64,000 nucleotides of DNA, taken from contig CM022670.1 in NCBI GenBank assembly GCA_012295275.1, forward strand, positions 35,836,001 through 35,900,000. The letters run 5' to 3'. Below the pieces are notes generated by a model. The model worked only from the letters and a program-made list of their open reading frames with translations, made no database searches and was not told the DNA's origin. The translations under genes were made by a program, and so were the position numbers. Below are positions 24,195-37,900 of this stretch, piece by piece; within the stretch, counting starts at the first letter, position 1; each line of letters starts with the position of its first letter. The DNA is from Chrysomallon squamiferum (taxonomy: Eukaryota; Animalia; Mollusca).

Positions 24195-25240
24195 CAGGGT
24201 TCCGTACATCTTGGGCTGTAAAAATTTCCATAACAATTTCCAGAATTTTCCATAACCCACAAATCCAAATTTCCAAAAACCACTTCCAAGTAAACTCAAT
24301 CGCAACGAAGTGGGTATTTTGTTGTTGTTTTTTTGCAGTTTTAGGATGTTTGTCACCGTTAAAACTTATGCCTTGACTAAGCTTACGCATAGTACACGTT
24401 GGATTACTAGTAATAAAACAAAAATATTGCTGTTTTGTTCTTGGGTAGGGCATGACTAAGATGATATGTAAGGCAGACTGCCAGAAATATGAATACAGAA
24501 GTACTGCTTAATAAAAAGTGGTCTTGTTCCTTTCTTATTCAGTTAATAAGTACCTTTATAATGCACCAAAACATAGGGGGCGGCGGTTTATATAACGGTG
24601 CCCTTTATATATTAATTTTATTTTCAATTCCAAATAATGATTCAACAGCTTCTGTAGGTAGGATGTGACAGAAACTTGAACTGATTGGATCAGCTGGTTG
24701 TCATTCCATTAAACCATTGCGTGGCGTTTCACTGTGTGCATGTTGATAAACGCCACGACACTCCAACGATGTACACTTATCTGTATCGTAAACAATTACA
24801 CTGAGCGCTTAGTACTATCACAACAAAGTTTACTCAGCCAGTCCGACAGAAGTTTAAAACAAGTGTCACCTACTGTTGATAAATTAAACAAATTTAATAA
24901 AAACTGGAAAACAGGAAACGAAATATTGTTGCTTTTAGCAACACGCGCTCCCGCATAAACTGTGGCGTGCAGGATGTCACGTGACACCGATAAAAGCGCA
25001 TCTTAGTTGTGTGTAGTGGTTTTACAGTTTTAAACGCATACATTTTTCCACAGCACTACTGAATATGGGAACAATAAATTACCAGTACTACGTGTTTGGA
25101 ACAATGGTGAAACAAACCAGTTTTTCATACATTTTATTTACGGCAAGGACATAGTTTTCCATAACTTTTCCAAAACGTTTAAAGTCCTGTGACGAATTTC
25201 CAAAACTTTCGAAGACTTTTCAAAATGCGTACGAACCCAG
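24195..25240. mobile_element. Probable non-autonomous DNA transposon (~1.05 kb) with degenerate TIRs and subterminal repeats, hAT-like
   Basis: Left end CAGGGTTCCGTACAT vs reverse complement of right end CTGGGTTCGTACGCAT. Clusters of TTTCCA(T/A)AAC repeats at both ends (24225-24290, 25156-25222). The interior is GC-richer than the flanks and has no transposase ORF. The TSD is imperfect (TTTAAAA vs ATTAAAA). Confidence 0.6.
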
Positions 25241-26881
25241 ATTAAAATTTAAATGTCTCAGCCGATTTGAGATTCAAAGAGATAAAATTCTAAAAAAAAG
25301 TAGTAATAATAATAATGGTTTTTTTTTTTGTTGGTTTTTTTGAAATAAAACAAAACAGAATGATGCTAAGGTCAATGTTTTGTATTTACTTACGTTTTGG
25401 CAGATTTTTATAAGCAGGCATGTCCTCCTACTGTGAAAATTAATGCCCCTGATAAGCAGATTTTATGTCTTTGACATTGCAAATAGCATCAGAAGATTTT
25501 GCAAAACTCATAATTAATTTTGTCAAGACTTGAACAATCGCATTTCTAGTTTATATTAAGTAAATCAAACGTGAGGGAAAGATATGAATATTTATCTGTC
25601 AATAGAACTTATAGCAATATAACAAAACCAAACAACAACAAACACTTTCAAAAGCAATATTTATTTTTATCTCTCATGAAACAAAACAGCTGAAATGTAA
25701 CCGATTACATTTTAGAATACATCTTTATGTTTAAATAAATTCTGGAGGGAAGGAACAAGCAAAATGGGCAAGAATATAATTGTTTTATTTTTCTTATATG
25801 TGAATATATATATATATATATATATATAAACTTATAATTATTAATTCATGAGTTGATTTAGTTCTTATTTTGAATAAATGTCATTAAAATTTTTTTACAA
25901 AACAAAACAATTTTTAACAAAAGAACTGATGTTATTGCAGTTCACAGCATTTTTATTTTACAGTTTTTTTATTAATTATATTCAATTTTTATTTTTATTT
26001 ATTTTTTATAATGTGCAACATGTTAACAATAATAATCTTTAAGAAAAATGTATGGACATTGTTTTTCTGCAGCTGCAACATATGTTGTGTTTTCTTTTAT
26101 TAACTGTGTGGCCTATGATAAAAATAAAAAAATTCTTTAACAGTAGGTGAGATTAAGTTAATTTTCCAGATTAAACATAAGCAATTTCCAAATGAAATCA
26201 CTGGTAAAATGATTTTAACACTGGCATTAGGAATAATAAGAATTAAAGAATATAAAGAATAATAAGAATTAGTATTAAAAAAAAAAGTAAAAGAAACAGT
26301 GACACAAAAACAGTGAAAAAAAAAAAAATATAATACAAATTTAATTGAAAATTGTAACAATGAATTCATAACATTTGAGAAATGAATTATTTTCTGTTGG
26401 GACAACTAACATTTATGACACAGTGAAAACTAAATATTTCATCTACTAAATAACAGAAATATGTCAAACATATACCTGAAAATCATATTAAAAAAAAACA
26501 ATGAAAAAAAGAAGTTTACATCAGTATAAATTTAATACCCTATTTCTAATATATCTACAAAATAATAAAACAAGAGAATAAAAAATAACTTTTAAATAAA
26601 TGTTTTTTTTAAGTGCAGTATTTTTAGTCACTGAGATTTATGTGAAAATAACATGTGATCATTTACAAGGGTTTTTTTTAACATAATTTATAACCAACAA
26701 AATTACAACAGTAGGTTTAGTACCGCAAAAAAAAAAAAAAAACGCCAATGTTTATTGGTGGATGGATAATAAAATCACAGATACAATGTCTAATTTATTT
26801 TTGAGTTAAAACTTTATCACAGACAACATGCAACAAGTAATTCCAAGTGGACACATTATGGCTACAGTTTCAGTCACATGT

Positions 26882-28448
26882 TTAGTGGAAAGAGTAACTT
26901 GGGTTAGATGGTGCTCCACACCAGTTGCCTATGAACTTCAAAACATCCTGAAGTTCTGGGCTGTGAGAAACCTTAAAATAATAACAATAATTAACAACAA
27001 CTGTAACGGTATTCATAAAATCAATAATGATAGCATTAATCATAATAATATAGTAACAAATACCAATAACACACACATTTTATTTTAAAATTATTATTAG
27101 AGCAGTTTAAAAAAGAAAAGAAAAGCCCCTGATATCTACTCAATTTGTAATTCATATCCACAAAATACATTATCAGTTAGGATTAATCATTTATTGAATG
27201 ATCCAAGAGATAACCACACTGTTCATGAATATATGAACAACAACAATAATTTCTTGTTTATTCTACTGGGTAAAAATGTACACTTACCTTTGTTGCCATA
27301 AGCAATTTGTTCCAGTCATCTTTATTAGCCACTTTGCCTGGTTTGTTGAATTCAAATTTATTTCTTAAGACAGGATAACCTATAGGGTGGGGGACACAGA
27401 AAAGAAAGCATTGTTATTAGCCAATAGAAACCAATAGAGAAAACACAGATTACTGAATAAATGCATAATACTAGAGACTTAAATGTATGAAAAGAGGTAA
27501 GTGTTCATGAGTAGAGAATTTTGTATTTTCAATTTCTTCTAGAACCTTTTTAACCTTTCTGTGGAACTCTAAGCATAATTCAGAAACTTTTCCCAGTGCT
27601 TTGTTGCATTTAAGTTTTACAGACTGAGCCAAAAGTATTGTAGTTATGAACAGACAGAAAAATTAAACAGTGCAATAATTTATTGTAAAGATGTTCATGA
27701 CTGCTGCCATTCCTACAAAACTGTTCTTAAATACATGCAGTGATTGCTTTTGTTTGACGTTTGATACACAAATTACCATATGAGAAATTCGTTACTGCTC
27801 ACAAAATGTAAAAGACAGCCAAAATTAGAATTCATTGCAAAGTGGAAAAAAAAAAACAATAACAATAACAACATGATAATGATGACTAACCTGTAACAAC
27901 ACAAGGCAGGGACTTGATGCCAGTGTCTGGGGCCACCAGTGACGCTTCGTAGATGTTACGTTCATCTTTTGGAAGGATCTGCTCAACTTTCTGGTCCATT
28001 GAAACAGCCAAAACCCACTCCTTTATCTCTTCATGTTGCAGATTCTTTATCACAAATTTAAAAAATTATATTATAAAGATAATAATAGGAACAATACAAT
28101 TTTAAAATGTAAAATATCTATTTTAAAATTACTGTGACTAATTTATTTGTATGGAATGTAATTAGTAACATGAATGTGGGTGTGCATTTCTCTCTTTGCT
28201 TGTATGTGTACTAACATTCATTGCTACAGAAAGTAAAAAATTAGTAGGTGACTGTTAAAAAACTGCATGGTGATTTAATTATAATAACAGAGGTTTAATA
28301 GAAAAATCAATGACACTATATATAGGTGTATCGCAAGATAATTAAAAAGTTCTTGATAACCTATATTTTAACATTGTGTTTTCCTATTTTCATGTTTATT
28401 TATAAATGATGTTGATTAAAGAATTACAAAAAATAAATAAATTAATTA

Positions 28449-28504
<56 letters not shown>

Positions 28505-28869
28505 CCTAACTCACAGACAAATATGGTTTTTCTGGTAATGGTATTTCAAATGGAATATCTGTATCCTGGAAGTCACTATGGTCCAGCATATCCAATGAAC
28601 CCTCCTCTATTGCCTAAAAATTAGCACAGAAAAACATTTCATAAGTTAATAGATTAATTAATACTGTAATGAAAATAAATATACAAATAATAAAGCATAT
28701 ATGACTTAATTTTAACATCTGATATAAATATATAAATGTAGTTTACTTTTGAAGTGAGAAAATATACAAGATTTTTTGCTTTACTAAACATTATATATTG
28801 TTTTTTATACTACATTCTTGTCTTTTCTCTGCATGTATGTGTATGTGTGTGTGTTTGTGTATGTGAGTT

Positions 28870-28918
<49 letters not shown>

Positions 28919-31900
28919 GTATGTGAACATCTTATTTTATTTCAGAGATACATTAGTTATAAAAATGACAAGCATTTTCAAATTCAAATACACTTGTTAC
29001 TTAGATAGCTGGAGATAATGAAAGCTGTTCACATGTTCAGTTGGTACACACACTTGGTTATGTAACTGTAACTGACAGTTATCAAATTTATTCAGGACAC
29101 TAACATAATACCCAACGAGCATTCTTAACTTGAAACTAAATATGCCACATAAAAGACACAACACCGAGAAAACAACTGTACCAATTTATCACTGTAAAAA
29201 TCATTTAGTCAAAAATTTGAATATTTTTGAGGATTTTTTTAAATCAATTTTTAATTTCTGTTTATTTAAAATATAACACCCACAGTATTCAAGTAATATA
29301 TTATAATTTAAATTATGATCTTTTCAGTGAAAAAATTACATAAAAGGTAAAATATCTTGCATATCTATAAATAGTGATTATAAGTAAGTTCTGGCATATA
29401 GCCAAACTAAGCCAAACATGAGATCAGCAAAACTTGAGACAGCTTGTGAAATATTTTGAGACTGAATACATTTAGTTGTCATGCCTGAACAAACAATCTG
29501 GATGCATTACAAAAAGAAAAAATGTCTTAAATACTATTTTTTGTTGATGTTCCTATTATTTATGGATCACTTCTAATGTATGTTAACAGGTAATGTCTGG
29601 ATACAAGGACACAGTGACATAAAAAAACAACTTTATATATTAGAAATTTCTTATCTTTATCTTACAGAAATGACAAATATAAATTATTACAAGTAAAAAA
29701 GAAAGAACCCAACAGTAATATAAAAATATCATTTTATTACTCTTAATATGTCGTTCAGTGCTCTCCCATATAATCATCTTCAGATATATACATATGCATG
29801 CACACATGCATGCGCACACACATAATACACACACACACATACACACAAACACAGAGACATACATACACTCACAGATTGAAATTCATATACAAATATGTGT
29901 ATATATTTAAACACACGTCATTGCCTTTGATAAACCCCTGCAAAATAACAGTCTGAAGATTGATACTGTGAACCTGTAGATATGACCAAGACCTGTACTT
30001 TGATCACTGAATGAAATATAGTATGTCAGTTGTTTTGTTTGTTTTTTGTTCTTGAAGGGGTGTGGTGTTTTTGATTCTGTGATCCGTTACACAATATCTA
30101 TTACGTATATATATACTGTGTCTAATCTTTGCAAACTGAGATCACCAGTCCTACTGCACTAATGTTTAGAGAATGCTCCAGTTATTTATTTTACAATAAT
30201 CAAATAATTAAATGGCTGACAAAACGTATGTTTTTTTTTTGTTTTTTGTTTTGGAGGGGTGTTCTTTTAAAATTATGTCAGGTTGTAGTTAATAAACAAA
30301 AAGTCTCCTTTATAATTTATTTAAAAACACATCTGAATTCAAAACAGATAAATAGCTTTTAAAAACATTTAAATATATAATTTCAAATTATTTATAATAA
30401 ACAGTCTATGATTGAATTATTTTATACAGATAATCTCTTTGTAATGAGAAAAGCAGTTATAAACATTTCCCATTTTCATTTTGTATTTCATTATGTACTT
30501 TTTAAATATATAATTATAATAAATAAAATTACCTCGGTAATATCCAAGTATCTGTTGAGGAAAACAAAAGCCATGTTTTCCCATCCTATAGCCTATAATA
30601 AACAAAATAAGAAACAATTAAAAAAAACCCATTAATAATCATACATTCATGCTCTCATACATCCACATGCACATGCATGCACTGACATTCAGACATGCAC
30701 ACAGACATACACACCTGAAAATGAAAAATTAGTTATCCTATAGTATATTTATAGACCACTGGTAATCCAAATTTAAAAACAAAAACACAATGACCCTTCA
30801 CTGAATATCATTTCAGTGAAATAAACAATTTGCTAATGAAATTTCATTTGGATATATAATAAATTACAATAAATTCTGTTGGATAATATTTAGTAAACAT
30901 GATAAAATTGACAGAGTTGCAGACACAGAGAAAACACCTCTCTGTTACAAAAATTCAAAACTTGAGATGTGAATTTCAAATAAAGAAAACAACAGTATTT
31001 TTTTTCTTACGTGTTTGCTTTAATATTTATTTCATTTTCAGTTGATATGCTGTTTCATGCCAGAAAGTAAAAATATTTTTAACTGTATAAACTCTACTCT
31101 TTTTTTTTCAAGAATAAATCAATTAAGTATACAAGTAAATAACCTACCCTGCAGACGACACCAGCTTCGTAGAAAGCTTTGTCAGCAGGAACGATGTCGG
31201 TGTGGCGAAGAAGAGAGATACAAAGTCGGGCTGCGATGGTTTCCAAGGATTTCTGGGCCTGAGCAGCAGATCGATTTGAGTAATAGTGAGAAATGAGTAA
31301 CATGGTCTCAAACTCATCTTGCTGTCCGTCACCATGATCATGAAGTTTCCCCATATTCTCACACTGTCCAAAAAATAATAATAAAATAAAATAAAATACC
31401 CAAAAAAAAAAAAATAATAAATATTAGATTTTATAAAAATAAAAAAAAAATAAAAATTAAAAATTAGATTTAATATAAAAATAAAAAATAAAAAATGCTA
31501 ATAAATAAAATATAAAAATAAATGAAAATGTTTTTAAATTAAAATAATAATTTTTATTTTTATTGTTTTATAAATTAATATTAATTTTTTTTTAAAAGTA
31601 AACAACAAAAAATAAATAAAAGGGTCAAGAACAAACATTTTAATAATAAAATAAAAATAATTATACAAAAATTTAATTAAATGAAATAATAATAAAAATA
31701 TAAATTTTGAAACAAATAAAATCTACTTTCCTATGATGAATGCTTAATATATATATATATATAATTTTTTTCTTCACTGGTAATCATCTTTAATATATAC
31801 TATAATTAAAAGTTATAGCCTTTTGGTATGAAATATTTCTTTTTTAAACTTATTTTCTTCATTAAAACACCTACCAAATCAAAAAGCATGTCTCGCAGAT

Positions 31901-34900
31901 CAGCCCATGTTCTGTATGCCTCAGTTCGGTTCAGATTTTTCATGGATATCACATCAGAAAAAAGCCTCTTATAGATGTTATAATTCTGAAATAAAACATT
32001 TTAAAATTATTTGGCAACATCAGAATTTTACACGTGGAAACAATATAAAAGATTTCTGAAGACACTAGCTGAAATAATTCCTGTCCATTTTGTTTTTTCT
32101 AAAAGTTTAATAAGACTCATCAATTCTTAACCAGCAAAATTTGTATAAACCTTTTCATTATAAAATAGCTATTTAAAATAAATAAATAAATAAAATAATA
32201 AATCTGTGCATTTAAAAACTATTTTTTCAAGGACATTAATAAGAATGATTTTAGATCCCTTACTGACAAATGAATATTCTAAACGCTGATCTGTTTGATT
32301 CAAATAAAATGAATAATGTTTCTCAAGTCAACAAACCTGTGGATTGGCAGGTGCACCATATTTAGCATACAGCTCCAGAGCTTTGGTTGAATGATCTGTC
32401 TTAATAAGATGTGTTGCATACAGAGCAATATATTTCTGTAACACTTGTGGACTCTGTAAATAAAGAAACCAAAGACGAAATTTATATATATATATATATA
32501 CACATTTTTACACAATGCACATGTCTGTCCAACTAAAGGGGAGTTAAGTAAGAATTATTTATTAAAAAAGTTTACTTTTGTTTTAAAATTGCTTGTTCTT
32601 TCAGAGTAACATGAAATAATAAATGCTAAAATATGAACTGCAGAGCATTAATCAAGACTGTTATTATATTTTGACAAGATTTAAACAAACAACAATAATG
32701 TCAAAACTTAATAACGATATTTACATCAATACAGAACAGCCCAGCTAAATTAAGTCAAATGAATTAAAAACATTTAAATAAATATCCTTTTTCACTTTCT
32801 CAAAAATACCAATAAAATAAATAATTTTTATATCTGAATACACATTTTATAGAAATATACAAGTTTGTTTTTATAGTTTTTTGTCGTGTCATTCATCATC
32901 AGAAGAACCAAAGGTTTCTGGAAAACAAACTTGTATATTCCCTTGTGAATCACAACAGTTTAATCAGTAAGTTTTCTAAACTGCACAATAAGCACTAAAA
33001 ACTTCAACTCACCTGCTGTTCTGCTGTATGAATGCATTTCTCCCATTCACCTTTATCAGCATACATGTCTAATGCACCGATCACATCAACGTTGACAAGC
33101 TACAAAAAAAAATGTAATAAAAATTATTTCAGGGATAGAGTAAAGTTTTATTAATACTGACAGTTCTTTAAATATTTGGAAATGTTTACCCAGATTCAAA
33201 GTTTTGAGGTTGCAATGCTAGATCAATTAAATGTCACTTAAAACAATTTTATAAAAATTATACTAAAGTCCTTTCAATGATATGGTTATTAGATATTTTT
33301 AAATAATAATAATAGTACTAAACATCTTTTGAAAATATTTACCTCTTCTGCTCGTCCTTGATTTCTGCAGAACTCTTTATACTTTTCATCAACATATGGT
33401 TCAAACCTGTTAAAAATCACAACCATCTTCAGATAATAATAAAGAAAACAAAAACAACAACAAAAATAATATTTAGAAAAATAATGACAAAGAAAAAAAA
33501 AAAAAAAAAAAAAAGAACCAATGAAATCTTTATACTTTTCATCAAAATTACAAATATCTTCAGGTAATATACAGATTTAATAATATGGAAAATAATAATG
33601 ACAATAACAACAACAGCAGCAACAACAGTAATTAAAATAATAATATTTAGGAAATAATGACTAAGAAGAACAATGATACATTGAAAAAAAAAAATATATA
33701 TATATAATGAAATCAAAAGAGATGAAGAAAGAAAAGATTGGAGGAAACAGTAAAAGGTAATGAAGTGGTAAAAAAAAAAAAAAATGACTACAAAATCACT
33801 CATAAAAGTTAAATACCATTATTATGCAAGAGAAATAAAAAAAAAAAAAAAAAAAAAATCATATAAAAAGAAAAAAGTAAAACATAAATCTTTAAGTTTA
33901 CCTTGGTTCAAGTTCTTTAGCCACTTTTTTTGCTTTGTTCCAGTCACCACATGAAATAAACATATCAATGGCATCCTTCACCATATCCATACTTAGATAC
34001 ATCTCAGCTGCCTGAAAACAACCAATTAAATTGTTTTTAAAAAACAATTTTTTTAAATTTTTGCAATACAAAATAAACACCTTTTTTTCTCCCTCTTTTT
34101 TTTAAAAAAAAAAAAAAAAGAAAGAAAAATGGTATTGTCTTTAAAAGTTCCAATTAAATTTTCATATTTCCAGAACAATTTGAATGTCTTTGTGAGTTTA
34201 AAACTATTATATTTTCATCATAATGGATATTTATATCATCTAATACTCACAGTGTTTTGTTTTCCAATTTCTGCCAGTCTTGGTCCAATAGTTTCTACAA
34301 CAAGCTGAGCTTTCTTTTGTCCCAGAAATTTCATCGCAATATCAGCAGCCTTCAAAAAAAAAAAAAAAAAAACATTTTTTAATTTGATCAATTGTGTGAA
34401 ATTTAAATAACATTTTAAAGCAGAATAAACAAACATTTGAAATGACTGGAAACAACAAAAAAAATTAAAAAAATATAAAATAAAATAAAAATTTCATCCT
34501 GACAACCAATAAAAGAATATTATTACTCATTAAATACACTGTAAAATATTTATATATAAATAATTAATAATAAAACAAAAATTAATTAGGAAAATATATT
34601 TTTTTTTTTTTTTTTCTAAAAATATCTTTAAGCATTATGATAAAAAAAAAAAAATAATTAAAAATAATTTAAAATTACACAAAAAAAAAAAAAAAAAAAG
34701 AACTGGTATATATTAAAAAATAAAACCACATACACAGAAGAAAAGAAAAATGAAAAGCATACATCTAATTTTTAAATGTTACAAAAAGAACATACTTTAA
34801 TCCAGCATTTTTCCAGGATGTTTTTGTCTGATGTCAGTTTGTCTGTGACTTTGAGGTAACACTCCACTGCACGAGCGTAATCCCCTGATGACTCCCACTC

Positions 34901-37900
34901 TCTTGCCTGGCCTACCATCGATTCCACTCCTCTGTAAGTAACAAATGTTATTATTTAATATATAATAGTATGTGTTTCTTTGTGACAGTATTTAACATGC
35001 ATGGATATACATGTTAATTTTGTAATATCAGAGATTAGGAGTTAATTAAGTGTGTTAGTGTGTTTGCATATTTTGTATATTTAACAGTGCAGGTTACTTT
35101 ACTTTAATTGTTTATTATTTTATTCCACTTTTTATATATTTATTTATTTTGCTTATGACAAATAATATGATCAAATAACAGAGGTTTTACTTTTATGTAT
35201 TTTCATTTAGTTTACAACAATTTTCAGAAATTAGGAAAATATAAATATGTATAATAGTGAAAAATATTAAAAATTATTAAGTTGAACAGATATACCTGTT
35301 TTATGATAAACAGATCTTAAAACAGATCTTAAAACTATAATATGATCAACAACAGCAACAATAACAACAGCAAGAACAACAACAAAAAATAACAATAAAA
35401 GAATATAAAATAAAATTAAAATAATGATAATAACATAAAATAATAATATAGTAATAAAGAAAATAAATTAATCAAATTATAAACAGTAATTGTTAAACTG
35501 TATTTTTATTAATATTTGTAGACAACTTTTTTCTAAGTCTATATTATTTTATTATTATGAAGATACAAACACAAGAACATGCAGAAACAGATAAAGTAAA
35601 TTTACTATATATTAATCCAGAGGTGTTAGAGAGGCATATACATTCATTAGCATAACAGCTGATTATTATTTATGTAATTAAATAAAACATTGCTGTTGAC
35701 ATTAGTATTTCTAGATCATTGCATTTACTTAGGAGTAATGAGAAAAAAAATTGAAATTTTTATCTATATATTTATGTATGTGTGCAACATTAAGATTAGA
35801 GGTTTACTTTTAACATTATCTGATATAAAATATAATGCAAATAAAATATTCTGTGTACAATGGAAAGACAACTGTGGTCAAATTTGCAAAAATAATAACA
35901 ATAAGAATAATAATAATAACAATATCATTAATAAACACTATTATTTTTGTTTTTTACTAGTAATTTAGTTTTTGGCATATATATATACACCAAATTGATA
36001 ATTAATTATTTTCTAAACAATTTACAGAAAACATTTGATTAATTCTATTTATTAAAATTATAAAGATTATATATCCCACATATTAAGACATTTTGACATA
36101 CTTACTAGATTATGTAGTGCTTTCTATATATATATATATATTATTTATTATTTATTATTATTATTTTTTTCTGTACTGATTTGTAAATAAGATAAGTGAT
36201 ATAACTTTATCAAACTTCCACTAAAATGGTTTTAAAGATTTTGCAAAGAAAATCAAAGCACAAAGTTTTCCTTCACCATACTGTTGAAAGAAAATGTCCA
36301 TCAACATGCACATAGAACACAAACTAGTTACTAAGCGGATGAAAGGAAAAAGCAGAAAAAATGTACTGTAAGTTTTTAACTTACCCAAGTTGATGGCTTT
36401 ACATAAATAAAACTATGTTACTATGACAAATATAAACTAAAAACAGCAAGGAGTAATGCTTACATCTTCAAATGTATATATATATATATATTTATCCTGC
36501 AATCACTGTATTATGCATCGTAGCAAGATAACAAATATAGATAAATTTCTGTGCTTCTAAGCAATGAAATACATATGTATGTATTAAAATGACTTCTTTA
36601 ATGTTTAACTGCTTGATCAGAAAATGTCAATCAACACTTGTGAAGTACTATTGTCAAAAGTGGCCAGTTTAAAAATAAAACAGTTTTTTTCATTTAGTTT
36701 TTGTATTATTTAAAATTGCAGGATGAAAGAAATATCTGGTTACTGTCTTAAGATATCAGCTTTAGCCTGCTCAGATCAAATGGCCCAATGCATCACAGCA
36801 GAGACTCACTGAATTGGGCCATTCTTACTCTCACAGGACAATGCTGGCATCGTGAGACAGTAACCAGTTATACCTGGCATGTATTTTGGTTTGAGCGAAG
36901 AAAACAAATGTACTAACATACTCATGTGAACATATATGACAAATTGCTTAGTTTTCTTTGGGATAAAATATTCTTTTTCTCTTTTTTTTCTTAAATGATA
37001 AAGTGACAGATATAAAAGGGTAAATTTTACATGGGATAGTACCCATTTTTAATATGGTCATTCACTGAAATGATATTGACAATTTAGTTATCTGTAGATA
37101 TAAAATGTTTGGAAAATATTTTCACAAAGGGCACTGATACTGTAACTGCATGTAGATAAGCCTAGTTATTACTATGTTTCAGTGAGGCATCAAACACAAA
37201 ATACATTCACGTAATTCCTAATAAAATGAAACAAACATTATCCTTTCTTGTCTAATTTTAGCAAAACAATTCTTGAAGCAGCAAGCACAAATTTAAAATG
37301 CACTCCAAGATCATTTTTATTATGTAAATGAATGTAAAAGAATATTTTCAGCACTGAATACATATTGCAGGGATAGTCAAAAACATTGCTAAAATAAACA
37401 AAATGATACTGTTGTCATTTTTTAGCAGCATGCACTATGCATTCTAACAGGTTTGTTATGGGTATTGCAACCACTGGCACAGGCTGTTATATCATGCATG
37501 CTGTCACTGTAGCAGATTTTATATATATAATACATTTATAGAATAATTATACTGGCACTGTACTCATTATGGTTCTAAACGTGCCTCTGAAATATAGGTC
37601 AGATGGTGCTTAGAGGGATGAGAAATGTTTCAGGTTATTGTTTAGTGTGTATAGGAACTGAACTACAAACAGAAAGATGTTCAACTGTGAAACAGACTAA
37701 CCGTTGTGTGTTGTCTGTCATCTGGTTGTCATATTCATCCTGAAGTTGTTGAAGTTTGTGAGGAATGTATTCCTTGCATATACGAAGTGCATCACTCCAC
37801 ATTTCTGATTCCTGAAACAAAATTGTTATTAGCTAAAAATCCTCTGAAGTAACAGTGGATGTATCATTTACAATTCGGACTTGAAAAAATAAAATATTTA

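Noticed and set aside
25393-25450. Possible minus-strand non-coding exon (ttatcag...gtaagt) between IFT172 and HELZ2-like
   Set aside because: No open frame or partner exon; such splice-like motifs are common by chance.
33429-33803. 124-aa hydrophobic ORF (and similar ORFs at 26100-26405, 35690-35968, 51396-51806, 61830-62135)
   Set aside because: Low-complexity AT-rich intronic/UTR sequence giving F/I/K/N-rich pseudo-proteins.
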